Assembly: GCA_963666365.2 (NCBI GenBank)
Contig: CAXXNF010000002.1
Coordinates: 2,240,001-2,304,000, forward strand
DNA from: Syntrophales bacterium
GTDB taxonomy: Bacteria; Desulfobacterota; Syntrophia; Syntrophales; UBA2210
DNA length: 64,000 nucleotides
Direction: 5' to 3'
In this document: positions 18,148-27,000 of the stretch, piece by piece
Layout: each line of letters starts with the position of its first letter
Numbering within the stretch: the stretch's first letter is position 1
The notes under the pieces: generated by a model
Database searches by the model: none
What the model was told of the DNA's origin: nothing
What the model saw: the letters and a program-made list of their open reading frames with translations, nothing else
Made by a program: the position numbers and the translations under genes

Positions 18148-21100
18148 ATGGCTCGATCAGCCCGCGTGTTTTTCTGTGTCGTCCTTTTCTTCATTTTTCT
18201 CTCCCCACAGGTTTTTGCAGCGTGTGACCCCTACAGCATATTACTTGAGCACGAAGGGAACACCTATAAACTGTTCCCGACATATCACCCCGCTAATGCC
18301 AATCCTTGGATTTGGCAAGGGGATGTGTCCGTGCCCCCGGATGGCCATAAACGTACCTATGCCCTGGATGGCATCAACAACTTCAATCTTAAGCCGACAG
18401 ACAAATGGGACCTGACGGTGATTGACAATACCCTGTATTCAAGCATCCCCTGTCGAAGAAATTATGACAGCTTTATTGGCCCACCCATTACGGATTCGGG
18501 AGATCCCGGCGGATTCTATGCCTGGGATAACGACGGGATACAATGCGGGTGTGATCCAGACATTCAAGTAACCATAATACCTTACGGTTTTAGGATATCA
18601 GTCCAGCCCGAAGGCGCCGGAACAGTTACGCTGACTCCGTCAAAGGAGGGTTACAGGTGCGGGGACGTGGTAGAGGCGAGGGCGGTGCCGGGCGCGGACT
18701 GGGTGTTCCTTCGATGGGAGGCGCCCACCATCAGCTATGAGAATCCCATAAGCTACACCTTCTACAAATACGGTGAGTGGTTTTATGCGTTCTTCAGGAA
18801 CTCCCACGTGCGGATGGAGGCGGGCGGCCGCAATCCATCGGAGGGATATTTCAGCCCCCATGGCGGCGAGTACCAGATTCTGGCCAACCATTTCACGCTT
18901 ACCAACAAGGTGAGCGAGGACGCTGTCGTTTCAGAGTTGCGCTTCGACATAGAGGGGGATCTGTCACTGCTTGCCGGTGCGACGCTGATCCGCGACGACG
19001 GCTGCGAAGGCGCCGGGACGGAAATCGCCGCGACGGACGACGTCAGCGGAGGCGCCGCGACCTTTTCCGGGTTGAATGAAACGTTGGCCGGCGGGTCTTC
19101 GTGCTGCTACGGATTGATTCTCCGGTTCAGGACGGACGTCGAGATTCCCTTCCGCAAAGAATACCGTGCGAGCATTTCCCGCGATCAGGTGCAGGGACAG
19201 GTGTCCGGTGATCCTGCCGATATATCGGGGGACACGGTGACGGGCGCCGTCTGTTCGGCCGGTCCCAAGATCACCCTTACCGCCACCTATGACGGCAACG
19301 GCACCGGGGACAGCCGGATAGGCACCTTTCTGGGCGGCATCGAGGCGCTGAATACACTGACGGCCCACATAGACATGGCGCCGGAGAATTTCGCTACCGT
19401 GGAGCGAGTGGTTTTCGACATCAACGATGTGGTCAGGGAGGGGGCAAAAGTTGAGGAAAGCGCCGATTACGAAGCCGTCTACAACATGGGGGATTTTCAG
19501 CAGACCGTTCCCCTGACCGTGACGGCGCATCTGAACATGAACGGCACCGCCCTGCAGGCGCAGGAATCCTACACGCTGAAGGCCCTCCCCATGCCCGGAT
19601 GGTTCGAGGTGGTGGCCGGCATCAGCGAATCCTTTACCAAAGAGTTCGATACGGAAGAAGCGGCCTACAAGGTGGGCTTTACCTACCCGACCAATTTTAT
19701 ATGGAGCGACTATGTGCCCAGCAGCGTGGGACTTCTGGGCGGCCTGAACAACGACCTTGGCATCGAGTTTACCGCCAATGCCGTCTATCGCATTGACGAA
19801 ACGAGCACCTTCGGCGCCACGATCAAAGGGCAGCCCGTCATCCTGGGCCATGAATTCGGGCTGGAAGGGGGACTCTCGGGGGATTTCGACCAGAACTTCG
19901 CCTTTCAGCGGGGCAACGGCACACTGCGGGCCAGTTTCGCCTTCGATCTGCCCGAGAAAGGGTACTCGAAGACATTCCTCATCTACGGCGTCCCGGTGAC
20001 GGCGGCGGTGGATCTGAGCGGCAACGTGGAGATTTTCATCCGGGGAAGCGCCGTTCTGAACCGCCAGCTCGAGTTCGAGGAGATCACCGTGGCCCCGGGT
20101 ACCACGGTCACGGGGAACGTGACTATTTCGCTTTCTGCTGTCTTCGGCCTGGCAAAAATCGCCGCCACGGGGTCCCCCACGGCCACTGTGGAAATCGAGC
20201 TGCGCTACACCACGGCCTCAGGCACCACCACGACATGGCGCGGCGAGATTGTCGTTCCCATCACGGTGGTGGGCTCCATCTTCTGGGGACTGGGGAGCGC
20301 GGAGCTCTACTCGACCGAGCTGGGCCCCTGGACCTTCCCCTCGGGCGGCGCTGCACCCCAGGCCTTCAGACCTTTGGGTGAGATTGAAGGACCGGCAGTG
20401 CCGCGACTGCTGTCCACCTCGGCCCTCGCCATCGATGGAAGCGGCCGACGGATGACCCTCTGGATCGACGACAGGACACCGGCGGCGCCCGCCCCCGATC
20501 CGGACGTCTTTTACCGCTACTACGACGGCAGCGCCTGGTCCGGCTCGGCACCGCTCATCGGCACCGCGCAGACCAACCTGGAGTGGGAAACGGACCCGGC
20601 GGTGGTCTTCCTGAACGGCGGCGCCGCCCTGGCTGCATGGACGGCCAACAAGGGGGACAAGTCCCTCAACGACCTCAATGACATCCTGGCCCATCAGGAC
20701 ATCGCCTTCGCCCTCTGGAACGGCGAAGCATGGACCACGCCGGCGAAAGTCATCGACGATGACGAGGCGGACGGCACGGTGCGCCTGGCCTACGACGGCT
20801 CAAATCAGAAGGCGCTCGCCGTGTGGGTCCACAACGCCGACGCGGGGAAGAATGCGATGAGCAGAACGGCCTGGAAACTGATGTACGCCCTCTTCGATCC
20901 GGCGGCCAACGAAGGCGCCGGGGCATTTGCAGTTCCTGCGGACGTGCCGGGCACTGCGACGGGCACGGCGGATCAGATGCCCGCCATTGCCGCCGACGGC
21001 GCCGGCACCGTGCTGCTGCTCTGGGCCAGGGACGACGACGGGGAGTTCTATAGGGAGCTTTCCGGCGTCACCAACGGTACCAACGTGGATTACGAAAACA

Positions 21101-22533
21101 ACGACAGCCACATCTACTGGACCCGGTGGAACGGCACAGGCTGGAACGATCCCCAGGCCCTGGCCACGGGAGGCACCGCCACGAAGCTCTCCCCCTCCGT
21201 CGCCTTTTCGCCCGGCGGGACAGCCCTGGCCGTATGGACGGAAAAGGAGGTGTCCCAGGGGGCGACGATGCACCGCCTGAAGTACGCCGTCTATGCCGAC
21301 GGCGGCTGGTCGTCGCCGGAGGTGATCACGGAGAGTCCCCGGTTCATCGAGGACCCGAAGGCCGTGGTGGACGCTGCGGGAACCGCCACAGTTATCTGGC
21401 GGGCCTACGCGGGGAGATCGAAGGGAGGAGGGGCGCTCTTCTCCAGTACGGGACAGATGCCCGCTCCGTCCTGGTCGGAACCGAAGCAGATCACCCACGA
21501 CGACACCCTGCAGTGGCAGGCCGACGCGGCGCTGGACGAGAACAACAAGGTCTATACCGTGTGGAGCGCCTACGACGCTTCGTCGGGCATCGCAAGCACC
21601 GGCACGGGCTTCGGAAGCGGCGTCAACGTGGCGCAGGAGAGTCCGAACTCGGCGGCACTGACGGGCGTCTACGCCGATGCGGGGGTCGATGCCGACAGCA
21701 ACGGCATATACGAATCGCTGGCGGTCTCCCTGGGGGTGAACATCCTTGTAGCGGGAGACTACGAGGTCCGGGGCGATCTGTACAAGGGGGATCAATTCAT
21801 CCTCTCCGCCCTGACGGCAGAAGACGGTCTCGACACGGGGACACACACATTCGTCCTTTCCTTCCCCGGCGGCATTCTCTCCGACCGCGGGCTCGACGGC
21901 CCCTACGCCCTGAAACAGGTGGTGGTCATGGACCGGAGTGATTCACCGGTGCAGACGGCCTTCGCCGCGGCACCCCACACGACGGCGGCCTACCTGGCAT
22001 CGCAGTTCGTCCAGGGCCCCCTGGCGCTGGACAAGTCCTCCTATCTGGGAACAGGGGAAACGGCGCTGATCACCGTGACCGATGCACTGGCAAACACCAG
22101 CGCCGACTCGGTGCAGACTATCGCCGTAGAGGTGGCGAGCACCCGCGATTACGAAGGGTTTATGCTTGGGCTGGTCGAAACGGGACCGGACACGGGTGTT
22201 TTCCGGGGGACGCTCGGTTTCAGCCTGCTCTCAAGCTCCTCGGAACTTGAGCGGCTCCTCGTGGCCGATCACGACCTTATTCAGGTGATCTATGAAGATC
22301 CGAACCGCGACTACCGCTTTATCGAAAGAGCCCTCTGGACAGCGGTAGGCGCCGGCGACGTCAACAGCGACGGGCAGGTTACCCTGACGGATGCCATCGT
22401 GACCCTTCAGTGCGCCGCTCATATGACCACGGAGACCGCCATTATCACAAAGGACGCCGATGTTGACGGCGATGAAAGAATCGGTATGGCGGAAATCCTC
22501 TATATTCTTCAACGGACAGCCGGTCTCCGCTGA
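18148..22533 (+). CDS. Large secreted protein, copy 1: variable Cys-containing head, InlB B-repeat-like and Ig-like domains, constant stalk, dockerin-like C-terminus
   Basis: AAGGAGG RBS; signal peptide ending VFA; VQPEGAGTV...GDVV...AVPGADWVFLRW; terminal GDVNSDGQVTLTDAI...ADVDGDERIG...AGLR. Confidence 0.85.
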   Translation: MARSARVFFCVVLFFIFLSPQVFAACDPYSILLEHEGNTYKLFPTYHPANANPWIWQGDVSVPPDGHKRTYALDGINNFNLKPTDKWDLTVIDNTLYSSIPCRRNYDSFIGPPITDSGDPGGFYAWDNDGIQCGCDPDIQVTIIPYGFRISVQPEGAGTVTLTPSKEGYRCGDVVEARAVPGADWVFLRWEAPTISYENPISYTFYKYGEWFYAFFRNSHVRMEAGGRNPSEGYFSPHGGEYQILANHFTLTNKVSEDAVVSELRFDIEGDLSLLAGATLIRDDGCEGAGTEIAATDDVSGGAATFSGLNETLAGGSSCCYGLILRFRTDVEIPFRKEYRASISRDQVQGQVSGDPADISGDTVTGAVCSAGPKITLTATYDGNGTGDSRIGTFLGGIEALNTLTAHIDMAPENFATVERVVFDINDVVREGAKVEESADYEAVYNMGDFQQTVPLTVTAHLNMNGTALQAQESYTLKALPMPGWFEVVAGISESFTKEFDTEEAAYKVGFTYPTNFIWSDYVPSSVGLLGGLNNDLGIEFTANAVYRIDETSTFGATIKGQPVILGHEFGLEGGLSGDFDQNFAFQRGNGTLRASFAFDLPEKGYSKTFLIYGVPVTAAVDLSGNVEIFIRGSAVLNRQLEFEEITVAPGTTVTGNVTISLSAVFGLAKIAATGSPTATVEIELRYTTASGTTTTWRGEIVVPITVVGSIFWGLGSAELYSTELGPWTFPSGGAAPQAFRPLGEIEGPAVPRLLSTSALAIDGSGRRMTLWIDDRTPAAPAPDPDVFYRYYDGSAWSGSAPLIGTAQTNLEWETDPAVVFLNGGAALAAWTANKGDKSLNDLNDILAHQDIAFALWNGEAWTTPAKVIDDDEADGTVRLAYDGSNQKALAVWVHNADAGKNAMSRTAWKLMYALFDPAANEGAGAFAVPADVPGTATGTADQMPAIAADGAGTVLLLWARDDDGEFYRELSGVTNGTNVDYENNDSHIYWTRWNGTGWNDPQALATGGTATKLSPSVAFSPGGTALAVWTEKEVSQGATMHRLKYAVYADGGWSSPEVITESPRFIEDPKAVVDAAGTATVIWRAYAGRSKGGGALFSSTGQMPAPSWSEPKQITHDDTLQWQADAALDENNKVYTVWSAYDASSGIASTGTGFGSGVNVAQESPNSAALTGVYADAGVDADSNGIYESLAVSLGVNILVAGDYEVRGDLYKGDQFILSALTAEDGLDTGTHTFVLSFPGGILSDRGLDGPYALKQVVVMDRSDSPVQTAFAAAPHTTAAYLASQFVQGPLALDKSSYLGTGETALITVTDALANTSADSVQTIAVEVASTRDYEGFMLGLVETGPDTGVFRGTLGFSLLSSSSELERLLVADHDLIQVIYEDPNRDYRFIERALWTAVGAGDVNSDGQVTLTDAIVTLQCAAHMTTETAIITKDADVDGDERIGMAEILYILQRTAGLR
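19216..22533 (+). repeat. 3.3 kb direct repeat, copy 1 (constant region)
   Basis: Near-identical to 25120-28437 (offset 5904; about 5 substitutions found by eye); 19761-22328 also matches 33781-36348 (offset 14020). Confidence 0.97.
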
Positions 22534-22542
22534 GTGGGCGTC

Positions 22543-22646
22543 GCTGCCGGAAGATATGGGGTCGGACCTTGATTATTTGACTGAGATTACGAATGGTCTC
22601 CGTATCCTGTCAATAGTCAACGCCTGATCCCATATCTCCCGGCAGC
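22543..22646. repeat. Imperfect inverted repeat with arms of about 39 bp, overlapping the hepT 3' end
   Basis: 22543-22581 gctgccggaagatatggggtcggaccttgattatttgac vs reverse complement of 22609-22646 gctgccgggagatatgggatcaggcgttgactattgac. Confidence 0.75.
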
Positions 22647-22978
22647 AAAGGTTCTAATAACGCGATAAGTTCCGGGATTCTTTCCGTTGCTACAACCCAG
22701 ATTCTTTCATTTTTTATCTCACCGTATTCATGGATCAAAATATTTCGCTGGCCGATGATATTTCTCCATGGAATTTCGGGATAAGATTTCTGAAAATCTT
22801 CTGAAATGCGATTCGCCGCTTCGCCGATAATTTCCATATTTCTTTCCACGGCGTTTCTGAGCATCCGATCCGTTTGAAAATCATGAAACGTGCGTCCGGC
22901 AGTAAATACAGATACGGCTTTTGCAGCATCCAGCATGTCCCATACATAAGCCGGATCTCGGCTTTCGTCACGCAGCAT
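22610..22978 (-). CDS. hepT: HEPN-domain RNase toxin (DUF86/HepT family)
   Basis: AVERNMEIIGEAA, PEIPW, RX4HXY motif RNILIHEY; overlaps the upstream MNT gene. Confidence 0.9.
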   Translation of the reverse strand: MLRDESRDPAYVWDMLDAAKAVSVFTAGRTFHDFQTDRMLRNAVERNMEIIGEAANRISEDFQKSYPEIPWRNIIGQRNILIHEYGEIKNERIWVVATERIPELIALLEPLLPGDMGSGVDY

Positions 22979-23273
22979 AGAGCACCTTGTGCTTTGCCAA
23001 CATTGAACGCCGGCGATAAGGATTGCGTATGGCCTCTTTTTCTACAAGATCAACTTCGCGGCCAAAGATAGTCCTAAGTTCATCTTTCATGTCTACAAAA
23101 TCATACAGACTCCATGTGGAATTTTCTCCAAAACTCAGCAAGACATCTATATCGCTGTCCGACTGGAAATCATCGCGTAACACTGAACCGAACAATGAAA
23201 ATTCCACAATTTTCCATTTTGCGCAAAAAGCCTTGATGCTTTCCATGGGGATGTCAATTCTGGGCTGCGCCAT
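22968..23273 (-). CDS. mntA: Minimal nucleotidyltransferase antitoxin (MntA family)
   Basis: LFGSVLRDDFQSDSDIDVL (GSX10DXD), FGREVDLV; 101 aa; directly upstream of the HEPN gene. Confidence 0.9.
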   Translation of the reverse strand: MAQPRIDIPMESIKAFCAKWKIVEFSLFGSVLRDDFQSDSDIDVLLSFGENSTWSLYDFVDMKDELRTIFGREVDLVEKEAIRNPYRRRSMLAKHKVLYAA

Positions 23274-23314
23274 GCTTCACCTTTTTTGCTCAATGAATCC
23301 CGTATTTATTAATT

Positions 23315-23466
23315 AACGGCTTCGTAAAAAGTCCGATCTCTGCGTTACACTGCATCTCTCGTCACTGCGGCGTACCGTAAATATGCCTAATTCCCAGAGA
23401 TTTGCAAGACTTGGTTTCGGCCTTTTTACAAAGCCGCCTGATTTTGTACTTTTTACGGGTTCGTCA
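23315..23466. repeat. Palindromic dispersed repeat / MITE-like element
   Basis: cggcttcgtaaaaagtccga pairs with tcggcctttttacaaagccg; a third arm actttttacgggttcgtca follows. Confidence 0.65.
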
Positions 23467-23484
23467 TTTCTTAATTATTGAATC

Positions 23485-23513
23485 ATGCTAAGGAAAAGCC
23501 TCCTTTAAGTCAA
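23485..23513 (-). promoter_or_regulatory. Putative sigma70 promoter of mntA-hepT
   Basis: Minus strand TTGACT-N17-TAGCAT. Confidence 0.55.
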
Positions 23514-23728
23514 GAACAAATAATTGATTCCACAGGCAATTTCAAATATGAGCAAAGGCTGAATTCAGACTGGAGTTTCAGAATTAACGGAAACAAACTA
23601 CCCTAAACCATTGTCATAACCCAATTTATTGCTTTCCAGCCTGTAAGACCCCACTATCATTGATGCAATAGCTAAAGGTCGATAGGACTTCGTATTGGGT
23701 CTGGATAGCTTTATCAACTCTTCTCTTT

Positions 23729-23809
23729 GTCTTTCCGGACGCGCGGAGCGCGACCAGGAATCCAGGAAGTCTCTAAAAATACTGGATGCCGGATCAAATC
23801 CGTCATGAC
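23729..23809. repeat. REP/RPE-like palindromic element (GTCATTCCGG...GGAATCCA...TGGATGCCGG...CATGAC type)
   Basis: gtctttccggac...ggaatccag...ctggatgccggatcaaatccgtcatgac. Confidence 0.65.
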
Positions 23810-24051
23810 GATATTGAACCCAAAGGGGATAAAGCTCTCGGTCTGTCGGATGGAACAGGCGGTGGATTTGGGTTCCAATTACAGTTTGCGAATATATTCA
23901 ATTATGGTATGTACACATTTAGTATTTGGAATTGCGGACTCCGCCTTGGTCGCATGGCATCACGCGACTCGGAAACGGCGCCCGGCATGTGTCGTACCTT
24001 TTTTCTCCTCACACACAGACAGTTAAAAGAAGGCAATGAAGGAGACGCTTT

Positions 24052-27000
24052 ATGACTCGATCAGCCCATGTATTCTTCTATGCGATACTTTTTCTTATTC
24101 TGCTATGCCCCCATGCCTTTGCATTGAATTGCGGCTATCATATCCTTTTGGAACACGAAGGGGTGGAGTATACATTCGGTTCCGGCAGCTCATCCTATTA
24201 CGGCGATCACTGTTGCTGGCAACAATGGTTTTCTTATGGCACGGATGGCTATCGCAATTATAGCATGGGAGTCAACAGAGGGGGTCTCGGCATGGATCTG
24301 GACGCCTGGTTCGTTTCGATAATAGATAATGCCTGGCTTGACACGTCGTGCCAAAGAAATTATGACTACTTCCAGGGACCTGCTGCAACGGATGCATCGG
24401 ACCCCACCGGATCATACACCCTCAAGGAGTTTACAGACGACTGGGGAGCATGCGGGGGCAGAACAATCACTGTCCGGATAGTCCCCCTTGACGTCAATGT
24501 GGAGGTTGAACCGGAAGAGGCGGGTACCGTGGCGATAACCCCTTCAAAGGACGGCTATTGCATTGGAGACGAAATAGAAGCGGAAGCCCTGCCTGGAACC
24601 GACTGGGTATTCTATCGATGGACATCCCCCACATACAGCTATTCAAATCCTCTAAGCTACACCCTCTATTCCTATGGCACGACATTCAGGGCCACATTCA
24701 AGGATTCCCAGCTGCGGATAGAGGAAGGAAACCGCAACCCATCGGAGGGATATTTCAACCCATACGGAGGCGAGTATCAGATCCTGGCCAATCATTTCAA
24801 GATCACCAATAAAGTGGATCAAGACGCCACCTTTTCAGAACTAAGCTTTACGATAACGGGTGATCTGTCGCTGCTTGCGGGCGCGACGCTGATCGGGGAC
24901 GAGGGCTGCACAGGCACGGGAACTGAAATCGCCACTACGGCCAATCTCAGCGGAGACACGGTCACTTTTACCGGGTTGAGTGAAACGGTCCCCGGCGGAA
25001 CCGAACGCTGCTACGGGCTCCTTTTGAGCTTCAAAACGGGCGTCACCATCCCCTTCCGCAAAGAATACCGCGTGAGCATTTCCCGCGATCAGGTGCAGGC
25101 AAAGGTGTCAGGCAGCAGTGCCGATATATCGGGGGACACGGTGACGGGGGCCGTCTGTTCGGCCGGTCCCAAGATCACCCTTACCGCCACCTATGACGGC
25201 AACGGCACCGGGGACAGCCGGATAGGCACCTTTCTGGGCGGCATCGAGGCGCTGAATACACTGACGGCCCACATAGACATGGTGCCGGAGAATTTCGCTA
25301 CCGTGGAGCGAGTGGTTTTCGACATCAACGATGTGGTCAGGGAGGGGGCAAAAGTTGAGGAAAGCGCCGATTACGAAGCCGTCTACAACATGGGGGATTT
25401 TCAGCAGACCGTTCCCCTGACCGTGACGGCGCATCTGAACATGAACGGCACCGCCCTGCAGGCGCAGGAATCCTACACGCTGAAGGCCCTCCCCATGCCC
25501 GGATGGTTCGAGGTGGTGGCCGGCATCAGCGAATCCTTTACCAAAGAGTTCGATACGGAAGAAACGGCCTACAAGGTGGGCTTTACCTACCCGACCAATT
25601 TTATATGGAGCGACTATGTGCCCAGCAGCGTGGGACTTCTGGGCGGCCTGAACAACGACCTTGGCATCGAGTTTACCGCCAATGCCGTCTATCGCATTGA
25701 CGAAACGAGCACCTTCGGCGCCACGATCAAAGGGCAGCCCGTCATCCTGGGCCATGAATTCGGGCTGGAAGGGGGACTCTCGGGGGATTTCGACCAGAAC
25801 TTCGCCTTTCAGCGGGGCAACGGCACACTGCGGGCCAGTTTCGCCTTCGATCTGCCCGAGAAAGGGTACTCGAAGACATTCCTCATCTACGGCGTCCCGG
25901 TGACGGCGGCGGTGGATCTGAGCGGCAACGTGGAGATTTTCATCCGGGGAAGCGCCGTTCTGAACCGCCAGCTCGAGTTCGAGGAGATCACCGTGGCCCC
26001 GGGTACCACGGTCACGGGGAACGTGACTATTTCGCTTTCTGCTGTCTTCGGCCTGGCAAAAATCGCCGCCACGGGGTCCCCCACGGCCACTGTGGAAATC
26101 GAGCTGCGCTACACCACGGCCTCAGGCACCACCACGACATGGCGCGGCGAGATTGTCGTTCCCATCACGGTGGTGGGCTCCATCTTCTGGGGACTGGGGA
26201 GCGCGGAGCTCTACTCGACCGAGCTGGGCCCCTGGACCTTCCCCTCGGGCGGCGCTGCACCCCAGGCCTTCAGACCTTTGGGTGAGATTGAAGGACCGGC
26301 AGTGCCGCGACTGCTGTCCACCTCGGCCCTCGCCATCGATGGAAGCGGCCGACGGATGACCCTCTGGATCGACGACAGGACACCGGCGGCGCCCGCCCCC
26401 GATCCGGACGTCTTTTACCGCTACTACGACGGCAGCGCTTGGTCCGGCTCGGCACCGCTCATCGGCACCGCGCAGACCAACCTGGAGTGGGAAACGGACC
26501 CGGCGGTGGTCTTCCTGAACGGCGGCGCCGCCCTGGCGGCATGGACGGCCAACAAGGGGGACAAGTCCCTCAACGACCTCAATGACATCCTGGCCCATCA
26601 GGACATCGCCTTCGCCCTCTGGAACGGCGAAGCATGGACCACGCCGGCGAAAGTCATCGACGATGACGAGGCGGACGGCACGGTGCGCCTGGCCTACGAC
26701 GGCTCAAATCAGAAGGCGCTCGCCGTGTGGGTCCACAACGCCGACGCGGGGAAGAATGCGATGAGCAGAACGGCCTGGAAACTGATGTACGCCCTCTTCG
26801 ATCCGGCGGCCAACGAAGGCGCCGGGGCATTTGCAGTTCCTGCGGACGTGCCGGGCACTGCGACGGGCACGGCGGATCAGATGCCCGCCATTGCCGCCGA
26901 CGGCGCCGGCACCGTGCTGCTGCTCTGGGCCAGGGACGACGACGGGGAGTTCTATAGGGAGCTTTCCGGCGTCACCAACGGTACCAACGTGGATTACGAA

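Noticed and set aside
20800..21941. 348 aa antisense and 271 aa alternate-frame ORFs, repeated three times
   Set aside because: Shadows of the GC-rich real gene. They recur only because the DNA is duplicated, and they are Arg/Gly-rich with no motifs.
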